In this document: positions 12,695-26,093 of the stretch, one piece after another | How positions within the stretch are numbered: position 1 is the first letter of the stretch | Layout: each line of letters opens with the position of its first letter | NCBI RefSeq assembly: GCF_021028975.2 | Contig: NC_059435.1 | Coordinates: forward strand, 70,060,001-70,124,000 | DNA length: 64,000 nt | DNA from: Sphaerodactylus townsendi | Lineage: Eukaryota | Direction: 5' to 3' | Position numbers and translations under genes: made by a program | Notes under the pieces: model-generated | What the model was told of the DNA's origin: nothing | The model's input: the letters and a program-made list of their open reading frames with translations, nothing else | The model's database searches: none

Positions 12695-12833
12695 NNNNNN
12701 NNNNNNNNNNNNNNNNNNNNNNNNNNNNNNNNNNNNNNNNNNNNNNNNNNNNNNNNNNNNNNNNNNNNNNNNNNNNNNNNNNNNNNNNNNNNNNNNNNNN
12801 NNNNNNNNNNNNNNNNNNNNNNNNNNNNNNNNN
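12695..12833. other. Assembly gap (N run) inside the KMT2C 3'UTR
   Basis: run of n. Confidence 1.
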
Positions 12834-12968
12834 CAGTATTTGTCCTACAGGTTTTTTTCTGTTCTGTATAATAGTATCTAATGTTGGCAAAAATGAAATT
12901 TTTGAAGTATACAGAGTGTTATGGGCTTTGAAATTTGTGGAAACAGATTTAGAAGATCAGCATTTACA

Positions 12969-12974
12969 AATAAA
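12969..12974 (+). terminator. Putative KMT2C polyadenylation signal AATAAA
   Basis: AATAAA with downstream T/GT-rich tract (ttgggagtgtttattctttgtgg). Confidence 0.65.
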
Positions 12975-14319
12975 ATATTTTACATCTATAAAGCACCATG
13001 TTCCACATTTTCATTTGGGAGTGTTTATTCTTTGTGGCAGGATGTATCCTTCCATACTGTGCGACTTCCACAGAATATTTTAAGCAGGCTCAAGATTTCA
13101 GTACAGTTTTGCAGTATTATGCCAAGACAGAATCAATTTAGCACAGTTCCTGTTTTGTATAACAATTCCTTACCAAGAAGCGGTTTACTGAGATTATATT
13201 TTAATTGCTGAGAAAAAAGCAAAGTGGATTGGAGAAAACTGAATGATCCTCTATGATGGCAAAACTAACAGTCTCCCGTGCATTTCTTGGGAAATGCTTA
13301 GTCCAGCCATGGTTTCATGTATGACAGATGTAATCATAATGCACTACCTTAGCTTGTTCACAGTTTCCGCAGATACCCATCCATCCTCCATCTGCATAGT
13401 AACAATTGTGGTGGATTCTCAGATACACACACACCCCTTCCGGCTTTATCTCATGATAATTATGCCCTGGGAAGGATTCCTTTCATGTGACCACAGCCTT
13501 GCTAGTTGACCTGACGCACAGAAGCCACTTCCCTACCCAATTAAATGGAAAATATGTTTTATCATGCAGGGGTGCTGTTTTCATTTAAATGAAAAGGGCA
13601 GCTTATGCCTGCAACACCTCACATTCTGCAGTCAGGGATCTGGCTATTAGGAATGTTATCCATCCACAGGATCACTTGAGATACTTAGTACACACATACT
13701 ACTACTTAGTTGACTGAATGATTTGGATCTTTATCTTGGTAGTGAGGTTTCAAAACCTAACTGTTCAAGTGAAACACAGAAACACAAATTAAGTAGGGAT
13801 GTTGTCAATTAAGCAGGTTAGCTTAGTAGCCAACTATAACAGATGTGAATTTATCTTGGTATATGTTACTTTTGAGTATCACCAGCATGCTTTCTCCCAA
13901 GTAATCTGCAAAGTAGTGAATATAGCAAATTCTCAATGTGGCCAAAGCTGTGGATATTTAAAGTTGTATACTGGGGCCTTAGACAGGCAAGATTTATTTG
14001 TCTACAAACTTAGAAAATGTCCCAGATTTTCAGAAAAATACAAATTTAAAAAATTGGCAGAAGGGTTAGCTTTCCCCACCCCAAAAGGGATAAAAAGAAT
14101 ACTGGTAGCTTTAAGAAAGGTATGCTGTCAGTGGCAGTTGCTAGGCAACAATATTACTAGACTTGGCTTTGGTCAGTAAAATTGGGCAGGGAGGGGGGCT
14201 TTCCGGGATTGCTTTAGCCTTTGGGAGAGGAGCCAGGCCTGGCAGCAATCACTAGGCAATTTGCTGTTGCCCAACCTGCATGATTCACCTGGGCCTGGCT
14301 TCTTGCTCAACAGCAGCCA

Positions 14320-14540
14320 CAGGAGTGATGCAGTGGTTAGAGCTTCAAGCTAGTTACTGGGAGATTGAGGTCTGAATCACCAGTTTGCTGTGAAAGCTCA
14401 TTAAGTAACTTTGGGCCATTCTCATGGTCTCAGCCTAACCTACCTCAGAGTTGTGAGTATAAAATGCCAAGTGATTGATATAAGCTACTTTAAACCTCCA
14501 TTGCAGAGGACACAGCATATAACTGCAGTAAATAATACAG
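14320..14540 (+). mobile_element. Squam3-like tRNA-derived SINE, diverged
   Basis: gcagtggttagagc...ctcagcctaacctacctca, similar to 31597-31830. Confidence 0.65.
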
Positions 14541-15249
14541 CTGAAGATGGGGAAGGCAGATAAACGGTTGGTTGGTGAATGAAGGAGAGATGGAAGTGGA
14601 GAGCACTTGGAGACCAAAACACCTTGTGAAAGGCCCTGTGACCTTTCTGTCATGTGCCCATGAAATAGGACTTGATGGATACAAGACCTACGATGATCAC
14701 TGGAGACTTGCTACCCATACAACTGGCCCAGATTGGCCCTATGAAACTTGGCCAGACTTTGCCAGGGGAAGGAAGAGCAAAAGGTGAAGGCAGGAGGACA
14801 GGTAAAAGTATGTTATCTTGTGGAAATCTGGGAAGAACAGAAACATGTAAAGGGAGGAGGCTATGGGGTCTGCCAGGGAAGGAAAAGAGGAAATAGTGGG
14901 GGAGGGGGAAATAACTACCCCACCCAATAAGTCTTTGTGGGTCCCCTGCTGGTTCATTTCTAAAGTCAAGCACTTTTTAGAAAAGCAACATTGCAAACCA
15001 TTTATAAAGCTTTTCTGATTCTGCCATGCATACTGTTCAGATTTTTGTAATCTATACTTTAGTCCTAAGGCAGAAGTGTATTTTTCTGACTTACGCCTTT
15101 ACTGCCACCATCATCAGCGTTTTAGTTCTATTTCTGCAAACCTCCTGGCTTACAGGCTAAGGAGAACAGCTCACGATGCTACCAAATAAAGCATCACATT
15201 TCTTTTAAAATGTCACATCCAGACAGCACCACAAATAAACTGCAATAAC

Positions 15250-15255
15250 TTTATT
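15250..15255 (-). terminator. Putative GALNT11 polyadenylation signal AATAAA
   Basis: tttatt on +; on - followed by GT-rich gtttatttgtggtgctgtctg. Confidence 0.6.
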
Positions 15256-15499
15256 TTAAATACTGCAAGACAAAAAACCATTTTCATTATATAACGTTAA
15301 TTTTAAAACTAAATTAAATATACAAATGATTTTCAGATAAAACATGATTGTTCCATACCAGCTAAAATAATTCAGCCATTAAAATGGAAAATGAACATGT
15401 CTAGTACCATGATACTTGTGCAAATATAGGAAGGACAGGATCATATTCTGCTTCAGACAACTGGATAAGATCATTAGTTAAATTTCCCACGGATTAATA

Positions 15500-15663
15500 A
15501 AAGGTAAAGATATCCCCTGTGCAAGCGCTGGGTCATTACTGACCCAAGGAGTGATGTACATCACAACGTTTACTAGGCAGGCTGTGTTTAGGGGCTGGTT
15601 TGCCATGGCCTTCCCCAGTCATCTACACTTTACCCCCAAGCAAGCTGGGTACTCATTTTACCA
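15500..15663 (-). mobile_element. Sauria-type SINE 3' fragment within the GALNT11 3'UTR
   Basis: aaaggtaaag...ggtttgccatggccttcccc...gcaagctgggtactcattttacc; related copy on + at about 57050-57285. Confidence 0.7.
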
Positions 15664-15939
15664 ACTAATTAAATTACACCGTTTTACTTATTACTTAGCA
15701 TTTTTCCATATGCAAAGGAACTCCAAGGAACAGTTTAATTGCACTTCTACTAGTGTAGAGGGAGTTGCCAATTGCTTTTGTCTCATCTGAACATTATAGC
15801 CAGCTGTGGGCTTTTCAGACTGCCATTAAAATAGTTTCTTTAAAATACTCTCTATCGGAAATAACAGTTCTAGGAGCGGAAACTTTCCAAATTCTCAGTT
15901 CAAATATCTGCTAGTGAGAAAACACACCTCTGTTGACTC

Positions 15940-16071
15940 TCAGCTTTCCAGACGCCATTGCTGAGGAAGAGAACCATCACAAATGGCCATGGTCACATAC
16001 CCTTTGATGCTAAGGGGGTCGACAACCTTCATACATTGCCCAACAGACACCTGATAGAGTCGACTGTTTTT
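15940..16071 (-). CDS. GALNT11: GALNT11 last coding exon (ricin lectin, third repeat), stop TGA
   Basis: tccag|[43 protein letters not shown]. Confidence 0.96.
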   Translation of the reverse strand, partial: KNSRLYQVSVGQCMKVVDPLSIKGYVTMAICDGSLPQQWRLES

Positions 16072-16624
16072 CTGGAGAGAAAAGAATATCAAGGAAGAGC
16101 TGAGCTAAAACAGTTGAGATAAAACAGTACAATGTCATTCTTATTACTGTGCCTGTAAAGAGATGATCTTACTAGGACTTTCAGCAGTTACTCAGATTCC
16201 AACGATATAAATTCTTATTTAGAAATCAGGAACTGAAGCTTCAGTTCATTAACCCACATCCAGTCAGTCACGATTGCCAGCACTGACCCCTGACTTCCAG
16301 AGCCTCCCTCCAAAAGTGACTTAGCTGAGTGCCACTTATAATCTGATGACACCTCAGCTCAAATCTCTGAACTACTTCACTAAGGCTACTCCATACAGAT
16401 GTTAAATACCATGGGAGGCACCATCAGCCCCTCTGGTGGGACACCACCACCTTCTAGAACTGACAAAATTGACTAATGGCAAACAGTGCCACCCAGTCCC
16501 ATTGTAACAAGTCACTACAGGATTCCCTGGCTCAATGGAACCTCAAATTGGGAATTGTTCCAGGAGAATTAACAGGGTAACATGGGCCCTGTTCAGCTCT
16601 GAGTGCAGATATAATCCACTAGGG

Positions 16625-16957
16625 CAGGGGTCCCCAACATGGTGCCTGTGGGCAGCATGGCACCCACTGACACCTTTTCTTGGGCCCACCAAGTGTTTCT
16701 GAGAAGCAGATGGGGCCAAATAGGGCTTCCGACTCACTACTGGAGATTTGACTGGCTTGCAGACTTTTGTAAATGTTGCTTTGGCAGCAGTTGCCAGCAC
16801 AGCATGAGACTCTACTCTGTTACTGTATTAAGCTGTGGTGATCATTTTGTGGCTGCCCCTGCACCCGCCATTTTGTGGCCACTGTTTTGTTGCTGTACCC
16901 ACAGCGTCGTGTCAAAATTCCAAATGTGCCCACGGGCAAAAAGGTTGAGCACCCCTG
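16625..16957. mobile_element. hAT-type MITE
   Basis: TIRs caggggtccccaac / gttgagcacccctg; degenerate 8-bp TSD cactaggg / cgctaagg. Confidence 0.75.
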
Positions 16958-17635
16958 CGCTAAGGCAACTGAAGTGGTTTGTTACAAAACCTAGCTGGAA
17001 ATCAAAATGAAGCAGATCTGACTAACCTATTTTGTCTCATAAAATGACCGCTCACATGTGATGAGTTATATTTAGCATTGGAATTCCAACCAGCCCTTAG
17101 GCCAGCTCCAGTTCATCAGAAAACGAAGGAGCTGATCTGGCTGTGGGAGTAGTCAGTGATGTGGTTGTCACCAGGATCTTTGCATGTAAAGAATTCTAAA
17201 GTCTCTGCCAGTTTGTTTAGAAAGCTACTAGAGAGGCAGTCAACCTACACATGGAACTGAAATGAGACCAGTTTTGTGTCAAATCTATGTCTGGACAAAA
17301 TGTTTTCTTTCCTACATGGGTGTACCCTACTGGCTGGATATACTCATGCAATATTTACTGGAACTTAATTGGTAGCAATAGTCCATATCATGGATCACGT
17401 ACCCTGAGAGCACAGTATATAGACTGTAATGAAGTTTTACAGACCATTTTATAGGAATCTCTACTGCAAGCCAATATGGTAAAATCTTTGTTCTTTCTCA
17501 CACTTAGAGCACTAAAGTTACTATATATTTATTTTCTTCACTTTTCCATGCTTCCTCCACAGTGGAGACCCAAAGCAGTGTTTATCATTCCCTTCCCCTC
17601 CAGTCTCCAACTATCCCTGTTCTCAGCACACTTAC

Positions 17636-17773
17636 CCCCAACACCCACTGCTGAGACCCTCCTGACCCATGGCACTTCATCAGGCGTGGTGGATCAGAAG
17701 TGCGCGTTTCGGACACATCCAAGCACAACAGATTGTTTAAAATCAGCTCATGGTCTTCATTATAAAGCCAAAC
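17636..17773 (-). CDS. GALNT11: GALNT11 coding exon (lectin)
   Basis: cctag|[46 protein letters not shown]|gtaagt. Confidence 0.97.
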
Positions 17774-17835
17774 CTAGGAATGGGAGCAATTAATACATTT
17801 AGTGTTGTTTATTTTTAAGTAAACCTTAGTATCCA

Positions 17836-18234
17836 AATACAACTAGACATAAGAACAGTTTTTTCCCGAATGCCATCACTCTGTTAAACAAATAATTCCC
17901 TCGATAATGTCAAACTATTTATTATATATTTATTATATAATTACTGCACTACTTTTTTCATCATTCCTATTACCCATCTCCTCCCAATTATGACTGTATG
18001 ACTATAGCCTGTGCTGACATTTCATTTTATTTTATGATTTTACATTTTATGTTTTTATTACTATTGATTGTTTCCTGATTGCTTACTAGACCTATATGAC
18101 AATCATTAAGTGCTGTACCTTATGATTCTTGACAAATGTATTTTCTTTTATGTACACTGAGAGCATATGCACCGGAGACAAATTCCTTGTGTGTCCAATC
18201 ACACTTGGCCAATAAAGATTCTATTCTATTCTAT
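17836..18234 (+). mobile_element. 5'-truncated LINE 3' end with (ATTCT)n tail, Rex1-like
   Basis: End of frame ...TTRHKNSFFPNAITLLNK*, then 3'UTR, aataaa and attct repeats. Confidence 0.65.
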
Positions 18235-19811
18235 AACAGCTCAAAGACATTTGCTGTTCTCCTGAGATGTAAAAATATGCCTCTAATGCATCAAACTAAA
18301 GAACTGGCTTCAACAGGAGACGAATACATTTCTAAGAAACCATTTTGAACTCTGGATATAACAGGTTTAAAGCCCCTGAACATTTCCCCCCTACAATTTT
18401 TGTCTATAAGAAAGCAATGGAAGTAGGACTTTTGCTGGGTTAACAAGGCATATTATATATGATTTCTGTTTTTAAACTGTGTACACTCAGAGGTTACATT
18501 CATAAACCCCTCCATAACAGACAACACAACTGGGTCTATGGATAGGGTCTATTTAGAGAGATTTAAATACCAAGTCTGAAGCAAGCAGAGCAGAGATTAG
18601 TTCCATCTCAAAGACTTCCCACTGACCTAAACAACTACCACTCTGTGGTCTTTTTTGGACACGGTGCGTTAGCAGGTGGAACCTTCACAGCTTCAGATGG
18701 TCTCAGAGGAAACAGATTATCTACATTCCTTTCACTTCAAATTCAGGCCTGAGACAGAAATTGCCTTCATTACACTGACTGATAATCTTCACTGGGAGAG
18801 AAACAGGGGAGTTTTTCCCTGTTGATTCATCCTCTTGGACCTATCAGTGGCCTGCTACACCAATGACCTTGATATCCTTTAGGAGAGGCTGGGAGGGTTC
18901 AGAGTAGGAAGTAAAGAAATTCACCAAGTAAACGCGGCTTTTCCATAGAACACCTGCTTGTAGAAGTGTTTAATAAATTTGGGCCCCGCTAATACTCCAA
19001 TTTGCAACCGTACACAGATTTATGGAGCCATCTCTTTAAAACGTGGGACCCTAAAATTGACAACTTTTTAAAAAATGGCAGAAAAGCATTAAGGCAATGG
19101 AGTGAAAGAGGTTCAATTGCCAAAAAAAAGAGAGGGGTCCACCGGCTACTCTTGGCCAACAAAACCAAATATGGCTCCAGAAGCCTAGGATGAAGCAATC
19201 ATGGGTTCGTGAATCCATCTAATTCTATCGCTCTGCAGCGCCCACTAGGAAACCTTCTGGGACAACAGGATATTGACCTATTTGCTTGCTTTTTTTACCA
19301 GCTAAATAGCTGCTGGAGCTCTCAAACGTACAGCATTCTCATGAAGCTGCTTCTAGGGTTTGATGCAGGAAAAACAATAATCTTTCTAGAAACTAATCCT
19401 GAAGCAGAATAAAAAAATGGTGGCTAAGAAAGCTAATGAATGAATACATTACTTTTGGGGTGACCAGGTAGATGCTCATTATTATGGTTATGGTTTCGTA
19501 TACAATTTAAACTGGCTGTTTTATACTGGCCTTACTGTTTTAATTTGATTAAGCTCCACTTTGAAGTAGTTTTCCTTAAAAATCTAATAAGCATGAGCAC
19601 TGAATAGGATGCCTCCTGGTGTTGCAATGCTCACAAAGACATGGATGACCAGAGCATTTGGAGTCCAGCAAACTGACGCTCCCAGTAGAGTCTACTTCCA
19701 TGTTTGAACAGGTTCGTCACTACCTTAAGTAGCCTGAGCAAAGTTAAACAACAATGGGAAACTGTATAGCCAGGAGACAACGCAAGCTGAAAGCAAACAC
19801 TGGTCACTTGC

Positions 19812-19916
19812 CTGATTCTGATCACTGTAGTCACACTCCTTGACCACAACGGGTCCTCCCTTCTGACTTGGATGACCTTGGGCAACCAGACATTTTTTTG
19901 TCTGGAGGTGGTATAA
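19812..19916 (-). CDS. GALNT11: GALNT11 coding exon (lectin); GC donor
   Basis: tgcag|[35 protein letters not shown]|gcaagt. Confidence 0.93.
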
Positions 19917-22900
19917 CTGCAAGGGGGAAAACACACACACATGCACATGCTTATACGATGGAAAATACAAGCATCTCAGTGGCTGTATTTAAGTATCACA
20001 ACAATCTGAGATTAAACAGATGATGTTGATGTCTGGCACAAAACACAACTTTAGCTGTATTCCAACACTCCCCTCTGGTGTCCACTGGGGAGCAGAGCTT
20101 GACCAAAACACATTTAATTTGATCAAGCTCCTATTTGTCATGAAAAAATTGACGTTTATCGCCCGCAAAGTGAGATTGTAAAGTGAGGTAGGTTGCAAGA
20201 AGTAAACCAGGGCCAATTTGTTCAGGTCCCAGTGAACTGCAACTGGATCAGACCAGAGAGTTGCAGTTCAGGACCAAAACTGCATTCCTACCTGACACAG
20301 ATGTCCTCCAGCTTAATCTAAAACTGTTGTGACTTCTGAATGTAGATAGAATGTTTAAATTTGCATTTAAATGTTACATTTACATTTAGGAACAATGCTC
20401 TGGTTGGCTCTGAGTTTTCCTATCAGATGTGCAAAAGTGAGTTCCACACTATGGCTTTGCTCTGCACAGATAGCGGTTGTCATTCAAGCACTTTGCAACA
20501 GCAACAGTTAAAATCCATTTTTCATCAGGGTCTCATGTTTTAACTGGACCACTTTCTGGAAAAAAGGTACATGTAACATTTGAGCCCACAATTCACATGG
20601 AAAAGGGAAAGCTCCAATGAACTGTGCAGTCATGTCACAAACACTGTCATTAGTAGTACAGATAGTGCTATTATTTCAGACAATATCCTGGGGTACGGCT
20701 CAAAGTACAGTTGTTTGCACTATCTTTGTCAGTTTCAGTGGGGCTCACTTGCCCAGACCTCATAGGAACACAGAAGGCTGAAGAAGAGTACACTAGGAGT
20801 TATCACTTAACAGAAACCAGCTTTCATAACAAACAGGCAATTTTGTGGTTGTAGCAGCTCAAGAAAGCAAATTTTTAGGAGGGAAGATTATGTATGCATC
20901 TCCAGGTTTTACATGTTTCAGAAGCTCAGCGGCTTACTTTTTAAAAGATAATTATAAAAACTGTTTCTAAACAGCTATCGGTATGAAAGACAGCAGATAT
21001 TGACATTATTTGTTCCAGGAAAATGCAGCTAGCTATATTGAAGTACATTCTGAAACACTGAACATCCGATCGCCCCATCTCAAAACAGAAAGTGGAATGG
21101 CAAAAGGCTGCAGAAGAACACAACTGAAATGACCATGGGCTTGGTTGAAAAACCTTCCCTGTGAGGCTAAACAGTTGGAGCTTTACAGTTGAGAAAAAAA
21201 TGACTAAGGGGGAACACATGACAGAGGCTTATAAAGGCAGGCTCATAATACTAACACTTGTAGGCACCCAGGAAAGTTGGACAGAGATTCAGGATGAACT
21301 AATAAGTTCATCACATAATACGCAATTTATGGACCTTACCAACAGAAAAACTACTGACTGTCAAAATCACAGGTTGGCATGACCCTCTAGTGCCTTAGCC
21401 TGGGTCCTGCCATATCTCTGTCTACTGAATGTTTACTACTTAAGCAGGTCTGGGAATGTTTCCCTGTGCCAGCCTGCCCTCATCTCTGCAAATGCAGAGG
21501 TGGGTGGTGGAAACTGCAGTGTTTTCATCCAAGTTCTCACCATCTGAGGAATGTGTGTGCACGTGAGCATATGAGTGTGAAATAGCACCTTTCCGCTTCA
21601 GGGAAAGTTGTGGGCCTGACGGGGTATATAATGCTTTGCCTGTTTTAATGTACTCAGTTCTGACAATATAAGTCAACAGCTTTCCTATGGTTGCCATCAA
21701 TAAACGAAAATTCTGCTTTCAAAGTATTAATTCCTTCATTGATCAAGTCTGGAGTTGTGACACAGGTGGCGTTTAAAAAGAGACTGGATAAATTTGATCA
21801 GGTTAGTTGGGGGAGGTTAATTTTGGAAAGGAAAAGAAGTGAACTGAAATCTCCAGACAAGCTCTATTGGATCTAAGGTAGACTGGTGCCACTTCAACTT
21901 TCTGTTGGCTTTTACAAAGCTACTGCCTCAGTTTCAATATTTGGAACACCAGTTACAAATCTTGCAGAACTGAATCTGTAATGGAATAGTTTGTATTGGC
22001 TAAAAGAGATGTACATTTTCATATTAGACTACTTTCAGATATTGTTTTTCATTTTCAATCCTAGAACCAGCTATCTGGGGATTTATGGGGAAAATGTACA
22101 ACAGGAGAAGCCAGGACTGGTTTGGAGACAAGGATCATTGAATTGTACTTTCAACACTAATACTGGTCACTGCCTTCTATAAAACCATTAATACAACACA
22201 GTGTAAACACCACAGTAAAAGAGAATGCATATTGCAACAATTTTATTTTCTAGCTTGATTCTCAGCTCTTGAAAGGCAGCACAATAAACAATGACCAATG
22301 TACCGTTACTGAAACAGCAGATTCAGCACTCAGGTTCAAGTGCTCTGTGACTGTATTACATGTAGAATGTATTAAGTATATTTTGTTTGGTTTTATTTCT
22401 TTACATTATTTTTACTGTGGTACAATAAACATTTTACAAATAAATATTAGTAATAGCACAGTCTGCTCTAAAGTGAATACCATCAGCACCAGTGTGAGCT
22501 TTCTGTAGTTCAATCTGATGCAGTTATTCTAAGCCCAGTGAAATCTATGCTCTCAGAAGACTGAGTAAGTCTGCACATGTTTTCCCTGATAGGCTTTTAG
22601 TTACTTATAGCCCAATCCAGAGTTGCTGCACCACCTCCTGAGGGATTCCAAGCAGTGTAGCAAGGATCTGGAAAACCCTGGCCACCTCAAAAGCCTCCAC
22701 AGCCAAAAACGGACTTACATCAACCTTTTGAGTGGCATAAGTCTGAGGGTTACGCTTGGGTGTGCCCTTGGGTTGAAAACCCGGTGGAAGCCAACTACAG
22801 TTGGCTCTGCCCCAGGAACGTCCCAGGCCCTCCCCCAGCTGCATTGATGGTCAGGTTTAGGCCGGCAGAGCTCTGAGGCCTCAGCTCTTTTTCAGATTGG

Positions 22901-23420
22901 GCGCCACCAAGCTGTGCGGCGCCGGCCTGTCATCCTCTTTACCCTGCCCCGCAGGCGCATTTGCCACTTGCAGCAGCGAGGTGGGAACCCACATTGGTGC
23001 AAGCCCGTGCCAATTCCACAAGTCCTTTCGCCGCCATCTCCCTGCTGGGTTGGGCTGGCCATGTCTAAATGGGCTCTATTTTAGTGCCCCTTCTTTCCTG
23101 GTGTAATAACTATCTAGAGCAGACAACATTGAACCTGTAAGTTATCATCCCATTCCCTACATTCCAACGAAAACATTATCCAATATTCTTAATATTTAAC
23201 TGAACCAAGAGGAAGTTCTTTACCTGATTCTCTCTAGCCCAGAACAATCTAGTTTGAGCCATGTTATCCAGAACATAACCAATTCTTACCCATTTACATC
23301 ACTGTTTAGAAAAATGACATCCAGGCAGAGAAATCAGTTCAGCTGGGTAAAGGCAACAGATCTCAGCTCAGGTCCCAACAGATATCTTACGCTAGACCCA
23401 GAGCTTTCATGGCTTTTCAG

Positions 23421-23467
23421 CCATCCCATCCCATCCCATCCCATCCCATCCCATCCCATCCCATCCC
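23421..23467. repeat. (CCCAT)n microsatellite
   Basis: about 9 tandem copies. Confidence 0.95.
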
Positions 23468-23847
23468 CCTCTTTCCTCTAGGATCATCAGTACTCCATCT
23501 AGTTCCGCCTCGGTTTCTCTGGCCTCTTCAACCCAGCAGTCCATTTTCCTTTCTGTTTCACCCATTCTCCTTCACAGCTGTTCAGACACCGAACTGGCAT
23601 AAGAAAAAAATAAGCTGTTTGCTATCAGGGTAATTATCACCCCACTGGAAAGCAGGGCGGATTTTAAAAAATCAATTATTGTTTAAGAATTTTTTAAAAA
23701 TGGATTTAAAAATTTAAATTCGATTTTTAAAACTTTAAAACAGTTTTTAATGAAATGCTTTCAAAGGAAAACTCTACAGAGTTTACGATTAACAATACAT
23801 TACAGTCCGAAGGTTATTCACCATGAAATAAGGATTATTTTTAATTA

Positions 23848-24792
23848 CCGTATATACTCGTGTATAAGTCGACCCGCATATAAGTCGAGGCACCTAATTT
23901 TACCACAAAAAGCTGGGAAAACTTATTGACTCGCGTATAAATCGAGGATGGGAAATTAAGCAGCTGCTGGTAAATTTCAAAAATAAAAATAGATACCAAT
24001 AAAATTACATCAATTGAGGCATCAGTAGGTTAAATGTTTTTGAATATTTATTTCAAAGAAAAACAGTAAACTGGCTCTGTAAGTGGAAAAGAGGGTCAAC
24101 AAGAACAATATGGTATCAACAATAACTTTAAAAGTACAAACACCTTAGCTCAGTCAGAAACCAAGCTAAAACACAAGAGTTAAAATCCTTCAAAACTGGA
24201 TTTCTCATCATCATCTGTGTGTCCAAATGTAACTCAACTTAGATTTTAAGAAGGATATTATCAGAAATGGAAAAGAATCTACTATTAGCTTCCCATTGTA
24301 AGCAAGCAATGGGGATGGGACATCCTTTTTGGGATCAATAACTCTTGGGATCCCCTTTTACCCAGAAACTTCACCAAACCTGGTTGGTATCATACAGGAG
24401 ACTCTCCTTGATGAGATCTCAGCCAGGTTCTAGTGAAGTTTGGTTCAGAAAGGATCCAAAGGATTATGGACTCCCTCAAAAGGAGTAGCCCCATCTACTA
24501 ATAGCTCCCATTGAGAAACAATGAGGGAGATAGGGGGGCACACCCTCCTTTGGGGTCCATAACTTTGAGACCCCCCTTTAGACCCAAACTTTACCAAACT
24601 TGGCTGGTACCATCAGGAGTGTCTTCTGAGGGAACCCTGAAATTTTGGTGTTGCTAGCATTAAAACTGCGCCCCCTGCTGGCCGGCAAAGTAAAAACACA
24701 AAAAATGTTAATGACCCGCATATAAGTCGAGGGGAGCTTTTTCAGCATTAAAAATGTGGTGAAAAATTCGACTTATACATGAGTATATACGG
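23848..24792. mobile_element. Non-autonomous Tc1/mariner (Tigger/pogo-like) element
   Basis: TIRs ccgtatatactcgtgtataagtcga / tcgacttatacatgagtatatacgg; TA on left, TG on right; subterminal tataagtcga repeats. Confidence 0.85.
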
Positions 24793-25874
24793 TGTGTAGC
24801 ATAAGGCTGTATGTATATTAATGCAATATTTAATTTTTTTGGTAAATGAATTCAATTAATCCATTCATAATGTCATGCTCTTCCAGAGGTTTCTGTGAGA
24901 TTATTTTGGACAGTTTTCTAGAAAATAATATAATGGATGCATGAGTTTGCATTTCTCAAAACAATGAATTTGTGTCTGTAGGGATAACATGTCTCTTCTT
25001 CACAGCACAAATGTTACAAAAACAGAATTGAGAAAAATACCTTAATCCCACTGTTCCTTTGCAAATCTATATGCACAGAATCAAGTGCTTACTTCTTAAG
25101 TGCTAAATTTTACAAAGTTCAATGAACAGAAGATTGTTTGGAGTGGAACAGATCTGCACAAGATCTGGGAAGTACTACTGGGGGACTGCATGGGAAGATG
25201 AGGTTCTGCTTCATTTCAACCTTAGCTGCTAGCTCTTTAAGAGCAGAAGACTGACAACTGTCATATGGAATACCAGGTGAGAGGAAGAAGCAGTAATATT
25301 GGAAATGGTATATTGGACTTTTTCTGACTCAGCAGGGTGGTTCTTATGATGTGGCACCTACAGAATTTAAGATAATACTTCCATTTCTTTAACATTACCT
25401 TCTAGTCATTGCATTATTGCAGCACCAGGTAAAACTTCAATTTATCCTGCAGAGCCTTTGCCAGAAATAAGAACTACAGACTATGGTGGACAAAAATCAC
25501 CAAGTCATACAGAGACCAACCACAGCTAAAACTTCAACATGTTTCATTTGTGCTTCAAAAACAGAACAGTCCCATAGAACTGCTGGTCTCACAAGACACG
25601 GTGGCCTACAAATGTCAAAGACCCTTTTGTAGGACAACTCTCTTTACCTGAAAGGAAGTTGCAAGTCTGCTTTCTTTTAGCACCTTTGATCAGAGAATTA
25701 CAGGGTGCACTTGCCAGTTTTCAAAGTAATTTCTTCAAAGTTGCACCATAATAGCCACTATAAGGTCACAACAGTATTTCTTTCAATTCACACAAAGCTT
25801 CTCAAGGTTCAAAATTACATTTTTTGAAAAAAGAAATTGATTTGGAGGCTGCAGAGATGGCACAACATGCTTAC

Positions 25875-26093
25875 CCGTCCACGCTGAAGTGTTTTGGGTC
25901 GTTTCTGCCCTCGATTAAAAAAGACTGGAGGCTGTGGTTTGGCATTGGGTCCTGAAATTTGCATCTCTGGGTATATATTGTCTAAGTACCACTTAAACGA
26001 CTCGCAGTTCAGTTTTTTCCTCAACTCGACACGGTCAGTAATATTGCCATAGCTCCTATTTCTTAGTTCTGGTCTTAGGGCAAAATATTGTTC
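25875..26093 (-). CDS. GALNT11: GALNT11 coding exon
   Basis: cgtag|[45 protein letters not shown]...LQRGR|gtaagc. Confidence 0.96.

Larger units (their letters stand above)
11133..12995 (+). other. KMT2C: KMT2C 3'UTR (end approximate)
   Basis: AT-rich, apparently repeat-free stretch after the stop, ending at AATAAA followed by a GT-rich element. Confidence 0.7.

Noticed and set aside
12603-13083. ORFs spanning X runs (also 30810-31073)
   Set aside because: Artefacts of the N gaps.
19299-19398. Possible cryptic GALNT11 exon (cttcag|...|gtaaaa on -)
   Set aside because: Weak donor, immediate stop codon, no other support.
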